A stretch of DNA of 64,000 bases from Hydrolagus colliei (Eukaryota): NCBI GenBank assembly GCA_035084275.1, contig CM068743.1:43772001-43836000 (forward strand). Reading direction: 5' to 3'. Of the stretch, positions 25,289 through 37,611 are shown piece after piece. The notes under the pieces were generated by a model. That model made no database searches and was not told the DNA's origin. It worked only from the letters and a program-made list of their open reading frames with translations. How positions within the stretch are numbered: the stretch's first letter is position 1; every line of letters starts with the position of its first letter. Position numbers and translations under genes: made by a program.

Positions 25289-25742
25289 CTGAAATACAGA
25301 AAAAAACAGCAATCTCGTTATTTAATAAACTTTACAGTTTAAATGAATTAGTGTAATACTCTGACACGATTCCAGAGATTTTTCTATTGCTGTCAGCACC
25401 ACTGTTACTGGCCCACTGGAGGGGTGTATTTCACAGCTTTCAGCATGAGATGATCAATGCGTATTTCTTAACCTGCTGTATGTTAGGGTAGTATGCCCAT
25501 TCCCTCATGTTTTAGAATAATGCGTGAGAAACAAAGTGCTGTAATTCACAAAAAAAAAGAGAAGAGACTATTCTCTCATCAAATAGATTGTTACAAAGGA
25601 AAGGGACAAGATAGCATGGGAATCATGGATAAACTACATTTAATATGGACTCCATCCAACTCATTTTGAATTACCTTAATGGTTAGCCAACAAAATGATC
25701 ATAGAAATAACAAAACAGCATAAATTTATGCCATAAGCCCAA

Positions 25743-25768
25743 TGTGTGTGTGTGTGTGTGTGTGTGTG
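25743..25768. repeat. (TG)13 microsatellite
   Basis: Seen directly. Confidence 0.97.
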
Positions 25769-26106
25769 ATGGAAGAAGGGAGAACATCCTTTAGATTGCT
25801 CCACTTGTATCTCAATTAAGTACTTTTTAAAAGAATAAACTCCAATTCTGCTCTCAGAAATTAAATAGCTGCTTATCTCTCTATAAAAAATATATCCACA
25901 CCATCACTCTAAGTACCCAAATAGTCCCCTCTTCTCCAGTTGTTAAATAACAAGAATATTTGTGAGACATTCAAGATTCTCTTCATTATTAATTCCAATT
26001 TCCCAAATACCACTTGTTTCTTTTCTCTGAATTTGCTCTCATTGTTTAAGGCTATCGTAAAGGTGGGTTGTCAAAATTACGTTGCATTTTCCAAAGTAAG
26101 CTTGTA

Positions 26107-26360
26107 AACAACAACAACAACAACAAACAAAATTATACTTGTATGGTGCCTTTCACTTCAGGAGGATGTCCCAAGGCACTGGGCAGTCACTGCTTCAGAC
26201 CCGAGCTGAGGACATGGGGGTGGGGGGGAGGGAAGTGGGGGACTAGGATTTGCCAATGGGTCAATTGAAGAGGAAAGGCTTGAGACGAGACTTGAAGGAA
26301 GCCAGGGAGGGAGGGAGGCGGAGGGACTGCGGGGTGGAGTTCCAGAGGTTGGGGGCAGGT
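26107..26360 (-). mobile_element. L2 3' end fragment with (aac)n tail
   Basis: (aac)n, cctttcacttcaggaggatgtcccaaggcact, ggagttccagaggttggggg. Confidence 0.85.
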
Positions 26361-26995
26361 TTCATTAACTTAATTGCATTGTCTTTTTTTATCTTTTGGT
26401 TACTGTCAGATTGTTTTATGAAAAATATTTTGGCTTGTTCTTGAGCATTAAACTGTTTAACAGTATATATTGTGGAGCATGGAGGATAAATCTCTTAGCA
26501 ATCATGTAAATCCCTGATATTAATCCTCATATGCCATAAAACAGGAAATTCACAATCAAGATACCATGGAACTTTTCATAAATGTCATCTTTCTGTGAAA
26601 TTATATTGCTCGAAAAATGAATTTACTACAGCATCCTCCACTGGAAACATCAGGAAATTATCTTTTTTGGGAAAGGATTTACCAAGTGGGGAATGCAAAT
26701 CTTCCTATGTTTGTATTTTCCTGATATCTAGTAAAATTTGCCTTGATGGTGTTCCATCATCTAGGTAACAGTCCAAATTTACAATGCTTATGATTGTGCA
26801 AATCGGAAAAACTGATTTCCAGAATAAAACAGAATAAATATCTAAACAAATATATGTAAGCATGTATCAGCAGCATGTGGATATTTCCTAGCAACTCACT
26901 GATGGATAACATTGTTTGGCCTCGGCTTAGATGTAGGTTGCAATGCTAAGCTGTTGGCTAAACTAATTTAATTAAATTTTCTGCATCCTCTAATA

Positions 26996-27299
26996 CCACG
27001 GTTCTCAACCAGGGGTACATGTACTCCAGGGGATACAAAATTACATCCAGGGGGTACAGGTGATTCATTGATTTATTTAGCTCTCTTATTTAGCATTTTA
27101 TAGTCTTCCAAATTGTATATTTAATTGTTATTCCCCTCATTTTGTATATGCTAGTTATTTTGTTATATAGAAAAGCTTGGTCATAAAATGCAAGTGGAAT
27201 GAAGGGGGTGGTGTGTGTGTGTATGTGGTTCAGTCGGGGTACACGATAATGTTGAAAATTAACAAGAAGCACATTACTGAAGAAGGTTGAGAATTACTA
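26996..27299. mobile_element. hAT-Charlie/MER5-like MITE
   Basis: Termini ccacggttctcaacc / ggttgagaattacta; subterminal ggggtac repeats; degenerate flanks ctctaata / atctaaca. Confidence 0.7.
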
Positions 27300-27519
27300 T
27301 CTAACATAATTTCCCCATATGAGTGGAGGCTGGGAGATGGGTGGCAATGCATAAGTAGTTAATCAAAACTGCTTGAGTTCAGATTTGAGGAAATCCATCA
27401 AATACATGTGTTTGTAATTGAAAGTGAGGAAGCAGGAAGTGTGAAAGGGATAAATGGTGGTGGAGAAGAGGAGTCTAGATTTGTCATTGGCTTCCATGAT
27501 GTTCCTGGTGTAGAAGTTG

Positions 27520-27856
27520 AGCCAACAAAAAATAGAGTGCCTTTCACATTGGGAAGACGTCCCAAGGCGAGTATAGGGGAGTGGCATGGTAGAGGGGAGG
27601 GGAGGGGAGGGAGAGAGGTGGGTAGGCAATAGAAGGCACTATCAAACAGGAGTGTCTTGAGACTGGCCTTAAAGGAGGCAAGGGAGGAAGCGAGGTGAAG
27701 TGAGGTCCAGGGATGGAGTTCCAGAGTATGGGGACAGAGAGGCTGAAAGCCCAGCTACCAATGGTAGAGCAGGTCGAGTGGGAGCAGACTGGAGGCTGCT
27801 GAATGGAGGCAGCAAGCAGGTTGATAGGGAGTCACCAGGTCGGAGAGATAGGAGAG
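27520..27856 (-). mobile_element. L2 3' fragment (continues at about 30354-30450 after the CR1 insertion)
   Basis: gtgcctttcacattgggaagacgtcccaaggc tail; peptide WLLIPRRIKFKILVLTFKA resumes after the CR1. Confidence 0.85.
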
Positions 27857-30353
27857 CATGTAGGAAAGGTAAAACACTAACAGTGGGTGATTTCAATCTT
27901 CACAGAATAGGAAAACCAAATTGGCAAAAGTACGTTAGAGGAAGAGTTCATTGAGTGTATGAGAGACAGCTTTCTGGAGCAGCAAGCCGAGGAACTATCT
28001 AGGGGACAGGCCATCCTAGACCTTGATTTGTGTAACGAAACAGGGCTAGTCAGCAATGTAGATATTAAAGCTCCTCTCGGGCAGAGTGATCACAACATGA
28101 TTGAATTTTGTATTAAGTTAGAGAGGTATATAGTTAAATCCGAGGCAAGTATTTTGAATTTAAATAAGTCTAATTTTGTAGGTATGAGGAAAGATCTGGG
28201 TAAAATAGACTGGAGAATCAAATTAGGAAGTAGAACAGTGGACCAACACTGGCAAATATTTATGGATGTAGTACAGAATTCCCAGAGGTTCCATATTCCC
28301 CTGCGGAATAAGAGTACCGCAGGGAAAACAATTCATCCGTGGCTAACTAGAGCAGTTAGGGAATGTATAAAATTAAAAGAAAAAGCCTATAAAACTGCTA
28401 AGAAAAGCAGCAGATCTGAGGATTTGGAGAGTTTTAAAAACCAACAAAGAATAACTAAAAAGCTAATTAAGAGTGAAAAATGGAGTATGAGGGCAAGTTA
28501 GCTAGGAACATTAAGTCAGATTGCAAAAGTTTTTATAAATATATTAAGAGGAATAGGCTAGCGAGAATAAATGTAGGTCCACTTCAGACAAAGACAGCAG
28601 AAGTTGTAAGGAGGGATAGTGATATGGGGGGAGTCCCTAAATTAATACATTGCGTCTGTCTTCACCCTAGAAGAGACAACAAGTCTGCCAACAATAGGGA
28701 TACATCAAGGGATAAATGACAGGGAGCAACTTAGGGAAATCTTCATTAGCAGAGAATTGGTGCTAGTGAAACTGATAGAACTAAAAATTGATAAATCCCT
28801 TGGTCCCTTGCAACCCAGGGTCTTAAAAGAGGTTGCTTATGAGATAATGGGGGCCTTGTGTCTGATCTTCCAAAATTCCTTGGATTCTGGAACAGTCCCC
28901 ATAGATTTGAAGATCGCACCACTATTTAAAAAGGGTGGAAAGGAAAAGATGGGGGAACATTAGGCCAGTTAGTCTGACATCGGTGATAGGAAGAATTTTA
29001 GAATCTTTGATTAAGGATGTTTTAGTGGGGTATTTAGGGGAGCATGATATAATTAGGCCATGTCAACATGGCTTTACAAAAGGGAAGTCACGTTTGACCA
29101 ATCTCATAGAATTTTTTGAGGATATTTTGAGTAAACTAGATAGGGGTGAATTAATGGATATAGTCTATTTGGACTTCCAGAAGGCATTTGATAAGGTGCT
29201 GCATAAAAGGTTGATCCAAAAGATAGGGGCCTACGGAATTGGGGGGAACATATTGATATGGATTAGGGAATGGTTAACGGGTAGGAAACAAAGAGTAGGG
29301 ATAAACGGGTCCTTCTCAGATTGGCAGGATGTGACTAGTGGAGTGCCACAAGGATCAGTCCTTGGGCCTCAGCTATTTACCATCTACATCAACGATCTAG
29401 ATAAGGACATCGAGCTTAATATATCTAAATTTGATGATGAAACAAAATTAGGAGGAAGTGTTAATACCAAGGATGACATTTAAAAAATCCAGCGCAATAT
29501 AGATAGGTTAGGTGAGTGGGCAGGTAGGTAGCAGATAAAGTATAATGTAGGGAAGTGTGAAGTCATCCACCTAGGTCACAAAAACATCAGAGCAGGTTAT
29601 TTTTTAGAGGGGGAGATATTGGAAAGTGTTAGCATGCAGAGGGACTTGGGTGTCCTTGTACAACAAACACAGAAAGTTAGTACGCAGGTGCAGCACGCAA
29701 TTAGGAAGGCTAACGGTATCTTAGCTTTCATTATGAAAGGGTTAGAGTATAAGAGTAGGGAAGTCTTGCTGCAGCTGTATAGGGCCCTGGTGAGACCACA
29801 CCTGGAATGCTGTGTGCAGTTTTGGTCTCCTTATTTATGAAAGGATGTACTTGTCTTGGAGGGAGTGCAGTGTAGGTTTACTAGGTTAGTACCTGGAATG
29901 AGGGGGATGAGTTATGATGATAGGTTGATTAATTTGGGCCTATATTCTCTGGAATATAGAAGAATTAGAGGGTATCTTATAGAAACCTATAAGATTATTA
30001 AGGGGCACGACAAAGTAGATAGTCGGGGATTGTTTCCACTTGTTGGAGAATCTAAAACCAGGGGTCACAGTCTTACAGTTAGGGGTCAGCCCTTTCACAT
30101 TGAGTTGAGAAAAAACCTCTTCACTCAGAGGGTGGTGAATGTATGGAATTCTTTACCCAAAGGGCTGTTAATTCTCCGTCCTTGAACATATTCAAGACTG
30201 AGTTAGATAGATTTCTCATTTATAAAGGGATTAAGGGACATGGGGATAAGGCAGATAGCTGGAGTTAGAGTAGAATATTAGCCATGATTGAATGGTGGGC
30301 AGGTTCGATGGGCCGAATGGCCTACTCCTGCTCCTATTTCTTATGTTCTTATG
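27857..30353 (+). mobile_element. CR1 LINE, 5'-truncated, ORF2 endonuclease end plus RT (pseudogenised)
   Basis: Peptides [51 protein letters not shown] and LVRPHLE; tail (ttcttatg)n. Confidence 0.97.
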
Positions 30354-30459
30354 AGAGGGTAAGGCCATGATTGGCCTTGAAAGTGAGGACGAGGATCTTG
30401 AATTTGATCCTCCGGGGGATGAGAAGCCAATAATGCCAATAATACCGGGCGAGAGATAG

Positions 30460-30630
30460 ATAAGCAGGATGCATTCTTCCAGGGAGAGAATGTGGATTAT
30501 ATTCCAGCAATCGATCTGTGTAATGTTCATGTATAGGTGGGATATGTGGAATTCTCAGTTTGGTTTGGATAGTCGTAAGCTTGGTGTTTGGTTTCTGCAT
30601 GTGTCAGATACCTGGTTGACTAAAACAAAA
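30460..30630 (+). repeat. Unclassified old dispersed repeat, copy 2 of 3
   Basis: atatgtggaattctcagtttggtttggata...tttctgcatgtgtcagatacctggttga. Confidence 0.65.
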
Positions 30631-31119
30631 TCTGTATAATTTTTTTTCTAAACCCACTTTATTTATTTATGTGATGATTTTATGGCTTCCCTTTACAAAC
30701 TGGCTGACCAGTGGAAAATATCTATCGCTATTCACCATAACATAGCCATTGATAGCTTTTAAATCCTCTATCATAACCTCCTCAGCCTCAATGAAAAAAG
30801 CTGTAACTTCTCATTGTTTTCATAACTGACAAGCCTTCTTCCATTATAAATTCCCAGCGAATCTATTACTGGACCATCTCCAACCTGCCTCTAATAGGGT
30901 GCCCAAAACTGTACATTTAAGCATTCTATTTGCCTTTTTTATGGCCTGTGCTACCACCCTCAATAATCTATGTACCTGCAAGCCAAGACTCCTACATTGA
31001 GATTATTATTTAATTAATAAATTATTAATATGACTTATTGGCACTCACAATAGCAAAGTTAGACTGGTACTCAACACAACTGAGAGAAATGATTCTATAT
31101 AAAATGGTTGTGGGTTCAA

Positions 31120-31465
31120 CAACATCAGAAAAAAATTACATTTGTACATCGCCTTTCACATCTGGAGGATGTCCCAAGGCGCTGGAGCAACAGTATTCTG
31201 AACTTCAGCTGGAAGTAGGGCTTGGGGAGGGTGGAGGTCGGGAAGAAGGAAGATGATTGAAAACACAGCCAAAGAGGTGGGCATTGAGGTGGGTCTTGAA
31301 GGAGGCAAGGGATGGGACGAGGAAGAGGGACTGCAGGACGTAGGTCCAGAGAGTACGGTAGAGTGGCTGAAGGCCCACCCACCAATGGTGTGTAAAGCAG
31401 GTCAGAGCCCGCTGAGTGGAGGCAGTGGGCATGTAGGTAGGGAGTTAGGAGGTTGCAGGGTTAAG
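31120..31465 (-). mobile_element. L2 3' end fragment
   Basis: cgcctttcacatctggaggatgtcccaaggcgct tail; peptide SLASFKTHL. Confidence 0.85.
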
Positions 31466-34035
31466 GGGTTCTAGCCCCATGACAGGACTTTGAGCTCAAT
31501 CTACATTGACATTCTTAATACAAAAAGACAGCAGAGGAATTTGTCTTTGTGTCCTAGCCAACAATTTCCCAAATAAAATAAATTCAAGGTTGTGTCTGGG
31601 ACATTGTATCCTCACCCCTACCAGGCTCTGCTCTCTGAAACCTTGCAAGGCTTCATCGGCTCCCTGTCACAGAATGGATTGGTTTTAACATCCTCACTCT
31701 CACTTAATACCCTGGCAGCTATTTCTATCTCGCTCTGTATCTCTATATTTCTATCTTTATTACCTGAATTATTTACCTCCCTCGTGAATAATTCAGGTAA
31801 ATTTGTTTTTTCTAGAGGAAATTGCATCCATCTGTTGGAGCAAATGCAATGAGCACCTTGCTTCTTTGTTGTCTTATAGGTCTTAGCTGTAGCTGCTAAA
31901 TAAATGGCGTGTAAATATCTGTCTCGAAGTGGCCCCACCTGGCATTGACATTTAATTGAAGCAAACAAAGTGTCTCTGAGAGATTTCCTTCAGTTAATTG
32001 ATCTACAGGGACTGGATGAGGACTCTACAATTATCTGTGTTTTCCATTCTAGAAAGGTCGCCAGTATTTCACTACTAATGATTGAAGGGAGGAGGGGGTT
32101 TGATGGGGGAAATAATAGCTTGTGACTGTATTGAAAAAGAGAATCAAGTTATTCCTCAATCCAAGTTCAAGTTAAACGAAACAGCAGATGTTGTTTAAAA
32201 ATAAATGAAACATATTGTATGTTGCTCTGCAGCTTTAATGATGTCTTTGTGAACCAAGCAAAAAAAAAGTAGCAGGGCATTACAGAAACCAATTGCACAG
32301 ATTGTCCAATTTAGTTGCATTGTGCCTAAATTTGCCTGTTGACAGCTGATTTATGAATAATCTACAGAATACCATTCTCTAATGAAATGGTTTATTGCAG
32401 ATGCATTCAAATCATTTCTGTTTGTGAAAATATAATACTTAGGCTCCTTAGGGTGAGTTTGGGTGGAAAATATGTTCTTCTGCCGGATGCTCTCGCTCGC
32501 TTGAAAGTCTAACCACATTTCTCATACACCGAGCAGAGACCTACTGGAATGAGTTGCAACTGGAGTGAGGCAAGACCAGAGTGAGAAGGAATTGGGTGAG
32601 AGTGGGAATTAGGTGCAGAGAGGGAAGAAGGTGCTAAGTGAACTGTATAAATAATTTAGAAAGTAAGTAGAAATGACAGCACACGGAGTGTCGGGAATGT
32701 GGGAGTTAATGGAATGTGAGACTGTCTTGAACCATTACTTCTGCAGGAAATATCTCTGGCTTGACACTCTCCGACTCAGAATTATTGAGCCGGAGTGCAA
32801 GTTAGACGCACTCTGAGAAATAAGTAAGTGGTAGAAATTTCTGGATAGGTTTATCCTGAACTCAGTCATACCCCACAGGAAAGAACATGTACAGGAAACG
32901 GAGGTCACTACTGTCAGTAAGAAAGTTAGTGGGAACCTAGGAGAGGAAGAGAAGGACGTCTCATAGACAGTGGTCCTGTCCTACAAGAATGATGCACTCG
33001 ATTCCTTTGAGCAAAAGAAGAATGACTGTGGACTAAGATACAGTGGAGCAGAAGGCTGTCCAAAGTGGAGAAGAGCAGAATATAAATGGACTAGTGATAA
33101 GGGATTCAAATATAGCATCCTCTGTAGCCAAGAATGGGAGTCCCATCAGTGTGTTGCCTACCTCATATCAGGGTAAGGAACATCTCTAAGCTGCTGGAGA
33201 GGAATTTGGAAAGGGACTGATCCAATTGTCGTTGTCTATATTGGGGCAAACAATATGGAAAAGAACACAGAGTGGGTCCTACAGAGGGAGTTTCAGGAGT
33301 TAGGAACTAATTGAAAAGACAGGACCTCAAAGACAACAATCTCTGGATTACTACTCAAATCCCATGCAAATTGGAATAGGAGAAACAGATTAGGAAAGTT
33401 AATGATAGGCTAAAGGATTGATGTGGGAAAGGAGGGTTCCACTTCATTGTCACCAATACTAGGAATAGGAATAGCTGTACCAATGGGACGAGCACCACCT
33501 GGACCAAAGGGAACCAAAGGGTAAATAGGGCCGTGGCAAAGGCTTTAAACTCATAAATGTGTGGGGGAGGGATCATATTGAAATGACTCAAACCAGACAA
33601 AAGTAAGAAATAAGGAGAATATAAATAGTCAGGGAATTAAAACAAATGTAGAATGGAAGTGTGAAAAGACTGTCATAAATAACGCAAGAGGAACAATTAA
33701 TAATAATAAACTAAACTATCTATACAGCAATGTACACATCATCTGAAATAAAACAGGCGAACTGGAGGCAATAATTCGTAGTGAGGAACCAGATATAGTT
33801 GGGATTACTGAAAGGTGGTTATACAATGAACAGGTCTGGCAATTAAACATTGCAGGGTATAACATTATCAGCAAGGATAGAGATTGGAAAAAGGATGGTG
33901 GAGTTGCCGTACTTATTAGGGATAACATCACAGTAGTAGAAAAAAACCAGACAAAATAAATTGGCTAGATGTAGCAGAAAAAGGGAATAAGGGAATGGAA
34001 TTCCATTAATGTGTATGTACTCCTTTTGTACACAG

Positions 34036-35108
34036 TAGGGTCCGTCAATATGGAAATTTTCCGATTTAGATATATCGATGGACTCATATCGAGATATACC
34101 GAAATATCGATATTTTTGGGTTTTTTGTACTGCACATGCGCGCGTCACACGCGCATTCGGGGTGCGCGCGCATTGCGGGTGCGCGTGCATTTTGGGTGCG
34201 CGCGCATTCGTGGCCTATCTTCTAAGGAGGTAAATATCTTTCTCTCTCTGTGTCTCTCACTCTCTCCATCTCTGTGTTTTTCTGTCTGTGTGTCTCTGTG
34301 TTTCTCTCCCTCTCTCCTCTCTCACATCCCCCCCATCTCTATCTATCGGTATATTATCAGATCCACCCCGTCTCTCCCCCCCCACCCCTCCAACCGTCCC
34401 TCTCTCGCACCCCCCACCCCCGTCATCTCTCTCCCCCATCCCCCCCAGCCATCTCTTTCTCCCTCCCCCCCCAGCCGTCTCTCTCCCCTCCCCCCAGCCA
34501 TCTCTCTCCCCTTCCCCCCAGCCTTCGCTCTCCCCCCTCCCAGCCGTCTCTCTCCCCCTCTCCTCCCCCCCCTGCCGTCTCTCTCCCCCTCCCTCCAGCC
34601 GTCTCTCTCCCCCCTTCCAGCCGTCTCTCTCCCCCTCTCCTCCCACCCCAGCCATCTCTCTCCCGCTCCCTCCAGCCGTCTCTTTCCCCCTACCGTCTCT
34701 CTCCCCCCCCCCAAGCCGTCTCTCTCCCACTCCCCCCAGCAGTCTCTCTCCCCCTCTCCTCTCTTCCAGCCGTCTCTCTCCCCCCCCCCAAGCCGTCTCT
34801 CTTCCCCTCACCCCCCCCCCCACCTAGCCGTCTCTCCCCCCCATCCACCCCCACCCCCATCCCTTGCATACCTGTATATTGTATTCTAGGACTATGAATA
34901 CAAAATGGCGGCTTTGCACCTCGGTCTGTGCATTGTATATAGAGATGAGCATTCTGGGTCTTGTAGTTCAGTGTGCTCGCATCCCGATTTTTTACCTCGA
35001 CATATTGATTTTTCTATATATCGATTTTTTTTTAAATGTCTATATCGGTGTATCGATATGAAAATTATATCGGGTTTTAGTGATATATCGATATATCGCC
35101 GAACCCTA
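34036..35108 (+). mobile_element. Non-autonomous hAT DNA transposon, copy 1 (1073 bp)
   Basis: 8-bp TSD GTACACAG (34028-34035 and 35109-35116); imperfect TIR TAGGGTCCGTCAATAT / ATATCGCCGAACCCTA; subterminal ATCG/CGAT repeats; no transposase ORF. Confidence 0.95.
34365..34862. repeat. C-rich minisatellite (core cccagccgtctctctcccc) inside hAT copy 1
   Basis: Many tandem variable-length units; extreme pyrimidine/purine strand asymmetry. Confidence 0.95.
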
Positions 35109-35168
35109 GTACACAGTATCTCAACAAATCAACAAAGGGGCAATTTCTGCTGGATTTAGTAATAGGAA

Positions 35169-35477
35169 ATAATAATAATAATAATCCTTGCATTTGACAT
35201 AGCACTTTGCATGTCTTCTAGACCTCTCAAAGCACTTTACAGAATGTACTGTAAAGTAAATTGCTGGATTATTTGTGGACTAAATGCGGCAGATAATTGT
35301 GCACAGCAGTTTCCCACAAACAGTCATGGATTGAAAATTTACCATTTTTTTTAGGAATTATTATCAGGTGTGTGGAATAAGGAAACTTGCAGAAGGTTTC
35401 GGCCTGACCTGCCTGGAATCAAACCCAGGTCTCTCGCTTGTAAGGCAAGTGCTCTAACCACTGAGCTACAGGACTTC
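35169..35477 (-). mobile_element. Full-length tRNA-derived SINE inserted in CR1
   Basis: Minus strand gtagctcagtggttagagcacttgccttacaagcgagagacctgggtttgattcc head; Deu-like core; (att)n tail; AGGAA duplicated at 35164-35168 and 35478-35482. Confidence 0.92.
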
Positions 35478-37611
35478 AGGAATGAACCAGAGCAGATAAG
35501 ATAAGTACACACAGGGGAACAACAGCGATCATAACTTAAGAAGGTTTAAGATAATGATTGAGAAGGGCATCCATATGACAATGACCAGGATAATAGATTG
35601 GGTAAAAAGCTAACTTTGAGGGGATGAGAATGGAAGATGGAAAAATAAACTGGAAAACAGTAAAGGCAAACAAAGTACTGTAATAGAGCAACAGTGGGAA
35701 ACATTTAAAACAGTGATCAATAGAGTTTCAGAGAAATCTATTCTGGGAAAAAACAAGATAAAGCTAATTAACAATGAGGCACCATAAATGAATAAAGATA
35801 TAAGGGCAAAGTTGAGACACAGGAAAGAGGCATTCTCTAACTATATAAACAACTAGGAAGAGCATTACAAAAAAACACAAAGAGGTTAGGAAGATAATAA
35901 AACAACAATTAGGAAGGCAAAGAGGAACTTTGAAATTTAATTATCAATAAATGTAGAAAGGAACAGTAAAAATTCTACAGACATATAACTAAAAAAATAT
36001 TAAATAGGAATAGAGCCACTAAGGGGTGCACAAGATAAGCCGCGACAGCGAAATGGCAAAAATATAAAATAATTATTTTGTCTCAGTATTCACCAGGGAG
36101 ACGGATCAGATGGACATGAATGTAGAAAAAGAGATCAAAAATAGTATAAATCCATTTAAGATAAAAAGGGAGATATAATCAAAACAATAACGAAACTCAG
36201 AGAGGATAAAACCCTGGTCCAGATGGATTGCATCTGGGTATATTAAAAGAATCGAGGAAATAAGTAGTACAGGCACCATATCCCGGGTATAATAACTCAT
36301 TACAAAAGGGAGTAGTGCAAGAGGACTACTCTCATACGATAGCTAATGTTATTACTATATTTAAAAAGGGAGATAGAACAAGCCCAGGGAACTATGCACT
36401 TGTTAGCTTAACATCGGTGGTAGGAAAGATAATGGAATCCTTACTAAAGGATGTAATAGAAAAGCATCTAGAAATGGAAAACATAATAAACTATAGTCAT
36501 CACGGATTTCAAAAAGGGAGGTGATGTTTGACGAACCTCATTAAATTATTTGAAGGGGTAACAGAAAGAGTAGACAAGAATAATATGGTAGATGTGATAT
36601 ATTTAGATTTCTAAAAGGCGTTCAATAAGGTATCATGTAATAGACTAATGAATAAGGTCAGAGCATGTGAAGTCAGGGGAAAAGTAGTAGAATGGATAAC
36701 AAGCTGGCTACAAGACAGGAAACAGAAAGTAGGGGTAAAGGATAGCTACTCAGAGTGGCAGTGGTGTTAACAAGAATCGGTATTGGGATAACTGTTGGTC
36801 ACAATATCCATTAATGATTTGGACTCGGGAATCAACATTACAATTTAAAAATTTGTGGGCAAGACCAAATTGGGGGGAGTAGTTATTACAGAGGAGCACT
36901 GCAACAAACTACAGCAAGACATTAATAAACTTGTTGAATGGGCCTTTAAATGGCAAATGTATTTAAATGTAGAAAAGTGTGAGGTGGTAAATTTTGGTAG
37001 GAGGAATAAGGAAGTCATATACACCCTGGAAAATAGAAACTTATATGGGGAAAATGAGCAAAGAGATCTAGAAGTACATGTGCACAATTCACTAAAAATA
37101 GTTAATAAGGCCATAAAACACGCAAACCAGGGGTTGGGGTTCATTTTTAGAGGGACAGAAATGAAAAGCAGGAAGTTATGGTAAACTTATATAGAACCTT
37201 GGTTAGACCACACTTAGACTCCTGTATGCAGTTCTGGTCCCCACATTATAGAAAGGTTATAGAGGCACTGGAGAATGTGCAAAGGAAGTTCACTAGGATG
37301 ATCCCAGAACTGAGAGGTTATAACTATAAGGAAAAGCTGAATGTTCTTAGGTTATTTTCTCTTCAAAAGTGGAAAATATGGGGGGATCTGATCTGTCTTT
37401 AAAATGATTAAAGGTTTTGATAGGGTAGATATAGGGAAGATGTTTCCGCTTGTGGGGGAGACCAAAATTGGGGGCCATTAATATAAAACAATCACAAATC
37501 GAGGAGGGAAGTTAAAATAAATTATTTATGCAGAGTGTTGCGAACGTGGAGCTTGCTAACACAAGGAGTTGTTGAGTCAAGCAGCATAGATGTATGTAAG
37601 GGGAATACAAC

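Larger units (their letters stand above)
32420..37608 (+). mobile_element. Near-full-length but heavily degraded CR1 LINE (ORF1 zinc-finger plus SGNH-esterase remnants; ORF2 EN plus RT)
   Basis: ORF1-like tgttgcctacct...gtcgttgtctatattggggcaaacaat; endonuclease start about 33715 with GITE and GGV motifs; RT PGNYALVSLTSVVGKIMES, HHGF, LVRPHL; interrupted by a hAT element and a SINE; 5' boundary approximate. Confidence 0.88.

Noticed and set aside
27959-30185. Functional reverse transcriptase gene
   Set aside because: Multiple stops and frameshifts, catalytic FADD mutated to FDDE, 5'-truncated CR1
34011-34897. 292-aa and 215-aa extensin-like ORFs
   Set aside because: Same minisatellite artefact in hAT copy 1
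35400-35475. tRNA-Val-like sequence (also at about 18820-18895, 43780-43855 and 50346-50415)
   Set aside because: These are SINE heads: no intact acceptor stem, degenerate B box, and each is followed by the SINE body and tail
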